64,000 nucleotides of DNA from Carpediemonas membranifera BICM (taxonomy: Eukaryota; Protista; Fornicata), in assembly GCA_019828565.1 (NCBI GenBank), contig JAHDYR010000016.1, positions 186,001 through 250,000 of the forward strand, written 5' to 3'. The notes under the pieces are model-generated. The model saw only the letters and a list, made by a program, of their open reading frames with translations, made no database searches and was not told the origin of the DNA. Position numbers and translations under genes: made by a program. Shown one piece after another: positions 63,078 through 64,000 of this stretch (its first letter is position 1; each line of letters begins with the position of its first letter).

Positions 63078-64000
63078 ATGATCGATGCAGTGCTCTCTGT
63101 GAAGACAGACGGGGTCTCTGTTGCTGTGACGGTTTGGGTGGGTCGCGAGAAATACCGTGGCGGTCGGGTGGCTGACCGGCCCACGTACAAAAAGGGTAGC
63201 AGCAACAAGCGGGCTCAGCTCGGTCAGGATGACGCCGAGGCTACTCCTGCCCCGGACAGTCGGACTGCTCTCATGGACTTCGACCCTGGTGCTCGGTCAC
63301 TGGGCGGCTACACGATCCGCCGCCCAGACGGGCAGAGTGTATCTGGCGTACTCGCTAAGTGTGGCTACACTGCCACCCCCTCTTTCCGCGTGAATATGAG
63401 CGCAGCATCGTTCAAAACGACAAGTCTAGAGGCTCTCAAACAGTCGATTAGGTTTGTCCATGAGAACATCGTTCAGATCATCAACGAGGGGACGAGAAAG
63501 TGTTTCCGCCGTGCGACTTTTGCCAATCACCGTCTGCGCCTGAAGCACTTCGCCCGGGCTGGACGTCAACTCCTGGATGATCTCGGCGGGCGCCCCCCGG
63601 AGCCCATTCACCTCAAAGTCGCGTATGGGGCTGCACTGTTCGGTTCCGCCGGCACTCCGTCCTGTGCTCCGTACCGCCACTTTGCTCGAGCTCTCCCTGG
63701 CATCATGCTCCGGCACAACGTCGTCGTGAGTGTCACGATGGTCTCGGAATTCCGCACTTCCATCGTGTGCCCATACTGCAAAGCACACTTCAGACGTGTG
63801 GTGCACACACGCCGCACCATGCTCTGCCAGAATCCCGCGTGCGAGGGAGCTCCATGGCGCGTTGAACGGCTTCGTCGGCATCCCGAGCAGAGAGACACAC
63901 TTCTCAATCTCTCTCACCGAGATAAGAGCGCCAGCGAGAACATCCTTTGGTGCACCTTCGATGCAACTTCAGATCAGATAGAGCAATCTCCTTTCCACTA
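63078..64000 (+). CDS. Fanzor copy 2, compact open ORF running off the window end (at least 307 aa; absent from the ORF track)
   Basis: Manual translation from ATG 63078: KTDGVSVAV, DFDPG (D69), SFKTTS, VAYG (G184), VSEFRTSIVCPYC (E224), CQNPAC, HRDKSASENIL (D282). No stop up to 63998. Confidence 0.9.
   Translation, partial: MIDAVLSVKTDGVSVAVTVWVGREKYRGGRVADRPTYKKGSSNKRAQLGQDDAEATPAPDSRTALMDFDPGARSLGGYTIRRPDGQSVSGVLAKCGYTATPSFRVNMSAASFKTTSLEALKQSIRFVHENIVQIINEGTRKCFRRATFANHRLRLKHFARAGRQLLDDLGGRPPEPIHLKVAYGAALFGSAGTPSCAPYRHFARALPGIMLRHNVVVSVTMVSEFRTSIVCPYCKAHFRRVVHTRRTMLCQNPACEGAPWRVERLRRHPEQRDTLLNLSHRDKSASENILWCTFDATSDQIEQSPFH

Noticed and set aside
62508-63208. ORFs 62508-62993 (+) and 62762-63208 (-) as the missing Fanzor N-terminus or a transposase
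   Set aside because: Low-complexity translations with no similarity to the copy 1 N-terminus and no HUH, serine-recombinase or DDE motifs.

Overview
Gene-dense, GC-rich eukaryotic (protist) genomic DNA. It has about 33 host genes, short intergenic spacers and a few tiny GT-AG introns (28-34 nt, one of 113 nt), several ending ACACAG. This profile suggests a free-living metamonad/fornicate such as a Carpediemonas-like organism, which is inference only. Recognisable genes include kinesin-13, AIDA, AIP1, ARP6, a Greatwall/IRE-type kinase, CAF-1A, TEL2, VPS35L, WASHC3, Snapin, glucosylceramide synthase, RPN8, SDA1, EF-1alpha, PAC2, RPL30, RPL44, Med18, MTR4, prenyltransferase alpha, glycogen phosphorylase, PSMB2 and taxilin. 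The standout is the last 6 kb, which holds two divergent Fanzor (eukaryotic TnpB-like RNA-guided RuvC nuclease) genes on the + strand. Copy 1 (about 58.4-60.4 kb) is long but disrupted. It is bracketed on both sides by related hairpin modules that stop matching at the same ...ACTGCGCAACA boundary and are followed by different sequences, making them candidate omegaRNA scaffolds with two guides. Copy 2 (63078 to the window end) is missing from the ORF track and is an open compact ORF of at least 307 aa with an intact D-E-D triad. Other notable signals are 27 consecutive co-oriented genes, a recurrent GTGCAGTTTA promoter-like motif, a 13-mer shared upstream of EF-1alpha and RPL30, two structured intergenic RNA candidates, a GTPase-ankyrin-kinase fusion and a bacterial-type kinase-AAA-TPR protein.
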